Source of the DNA: Candidatus Rokuibacteriota bacterium
GTDB taxonomy: Bacteria > Methylomirabilota > Methylomirabilia > Rokubacteriales > DASRDR01
Length of the DNA: 64,000 nt
Direction of reading: 5' to 3'
Assembly (NCBI GenBank): GCA_044866005.1
Contig: JBIOTN010000175.1
Coordinates: 6,330-70,329, forward strand
Part shown: piece after piece, positions 63,578-64,000 of the stretch
Layout: each line of letters begins with the position of its first letter
Numbering within the stretch: the stretch's first letter is position 1
Program-made: the position numbers and the translations under genes
The notes under the pieces: generated by a model
What the model was told of the DNA's origin: nothing
The model's database searches: none
What the model saw: only the letters and a program-made list of their open reading frames with translations

Positions 63578-64000
63578 TCAGCTCAGCGTCAGCTCGCGCG
63601 CGTAGAGCAGGAAGGTCGAGCGTCGCGTCGCGGCGAGGGCCTCTCGGATCTCGAGGGTCCCCTTGCCGGCGCCCTGGGCGAGGAACGATTCGAAGAAGCG
63701 GGTGTAGAAGTGGTCGGGATATACGGTGACGACGACCCGGAGCCGCAGGCCGGGGGCGTCGACCGGGCGCCGATAGGCGAGGACGAAGCGCTCGCCGGGC
63801 GGGATCCGCGTGTCCGCCAGCTCGCGGGAGAGGTCGAGGGGAACGTCGCGGCCGATCACGCGCTCCTCCCGGCTACCGGGCACCGGGCGGCCGGCCGCGT
63901 CGGTCAGCTCGGCCGTCACCACCACGCGCGGCGTGACGTAGGTCGGGAAGTAGTGGCCGACCTTCGTGCTGGCGAGCGTCACGGTCGCGCTCACCGTGTC
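63578..64000 (-). CDS. hypothetical protein, N-terminus beyond the window end
   Basis: The ORF runs to the window edge with no upstream stop. No recognisable domain. Confidence 0.45.
   Translation of the reverse strand, partial: DTVSATVTLASTKVGHYFPTYVTPRVVVTAELTDAAGRPVPGSREERVIGRDVPLDLSRELADTRIPPGERFVLAYRRPVDAPGLRLRVVVTVYPDHFYTRFFESFLAQGAGKGTLEIREALAATRRSTFLLYARELTLS

Noticed and set aside
1-64000. CRISPR arrays, rRNA genes, integrons
   Set aside because: I found no regularly spaced direct repeats with unique spacers and no rRNA-like conserved blocks. The only repeats found are the two dispersed palindromic families and the 69-bp intragenic tandem repeat.

Overview
The window is a 64 kb, very GC-rich (roughly 70%+) bacterial chromosomal segment. 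Most of the long ORFs in the six-frame track are out-of-frame or antisense artefacts, recognisable by Arg/Pro/Gly/Ala-rich low-complexity translations. The real genes fall into six blocks.

- **1-16.6 kb, membrane glycosylation locus.** It holds a YfhO-family GT-C enzyme, three paralogous ArnT/PMT-like GT-C transferases each fused to two C-terminal F5/8 type C (discoidin) domains, three GT2 polyprenyl-phosphate sugar synthases (one fused to a SAM methyltransferase), a flippase-like TM protein, a DUF457 hydrolase and a GDSL lipoprotein. Several of these genes are joined by 4-nt ATGA/GTGA overlaps.
- **16.6-19.6 kb, low-GC islet.** It carries an orphan Rhs C-terminal toxin cassette, a secreted candidate immunity or cargo protein, and a frameshifted, truncated IS481-family transposase.
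- **19.6-40.7 kb, Wzx/Wzy-type exopolysaccharide locus.** Genes are Wza, Wzc, a priming PHPT, GT2, GT4, a Wzy-like polymerase, Wzx, a deacetylase and a GH9 glycanase. The regulatory module embedded in it is an NtrC-type sigma-54 activator, a GAF histidine kinase, a PAS histidine kinase, two STAS anti-sigma antagonists and a single-domain response regulator. I found two consensus sigma-54 promoters firing divergently from the wza/wzy intergenic region and a third sigma-54-like site upstream of the GT4-GH9 operon. This resembles myxobacterial eps loci.
- **40.7-49.2 kb.** A protease, a Ser/Gly tandem-repeat secreted protein and an AddB/AddA-type helicase-nuclease pair.
- **49.4-60 kb.** An aminotransferase, a Tat-exported cyclase, a PhyH oxygenase, small lipoproteins, and a SagB-type (YHEATKHS) two-domain dehydrogenase with zinc-ribbon, ACT, SRPBCC and small GT2 neighbours. 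Two families of repeated intergenic palindromic elements occur here.
- **60-64 kb.** A 6-phosphogluconate-dehydrogenase-like gene lies next to a flavoprotein disulfide reductase whose second active-site Cys codon is an in-frame TGA. An fdhF-like SECIS hairpin with a GGUC loop sits 11 nt downstream, so this is a candidate selenoprotein. Beyond it are a long AT-armed palindrome, a secreted NPCAAK-repeat Cys peptide and a DUF302 protein.

No rRNA, tRNA or CRISPR array was found.
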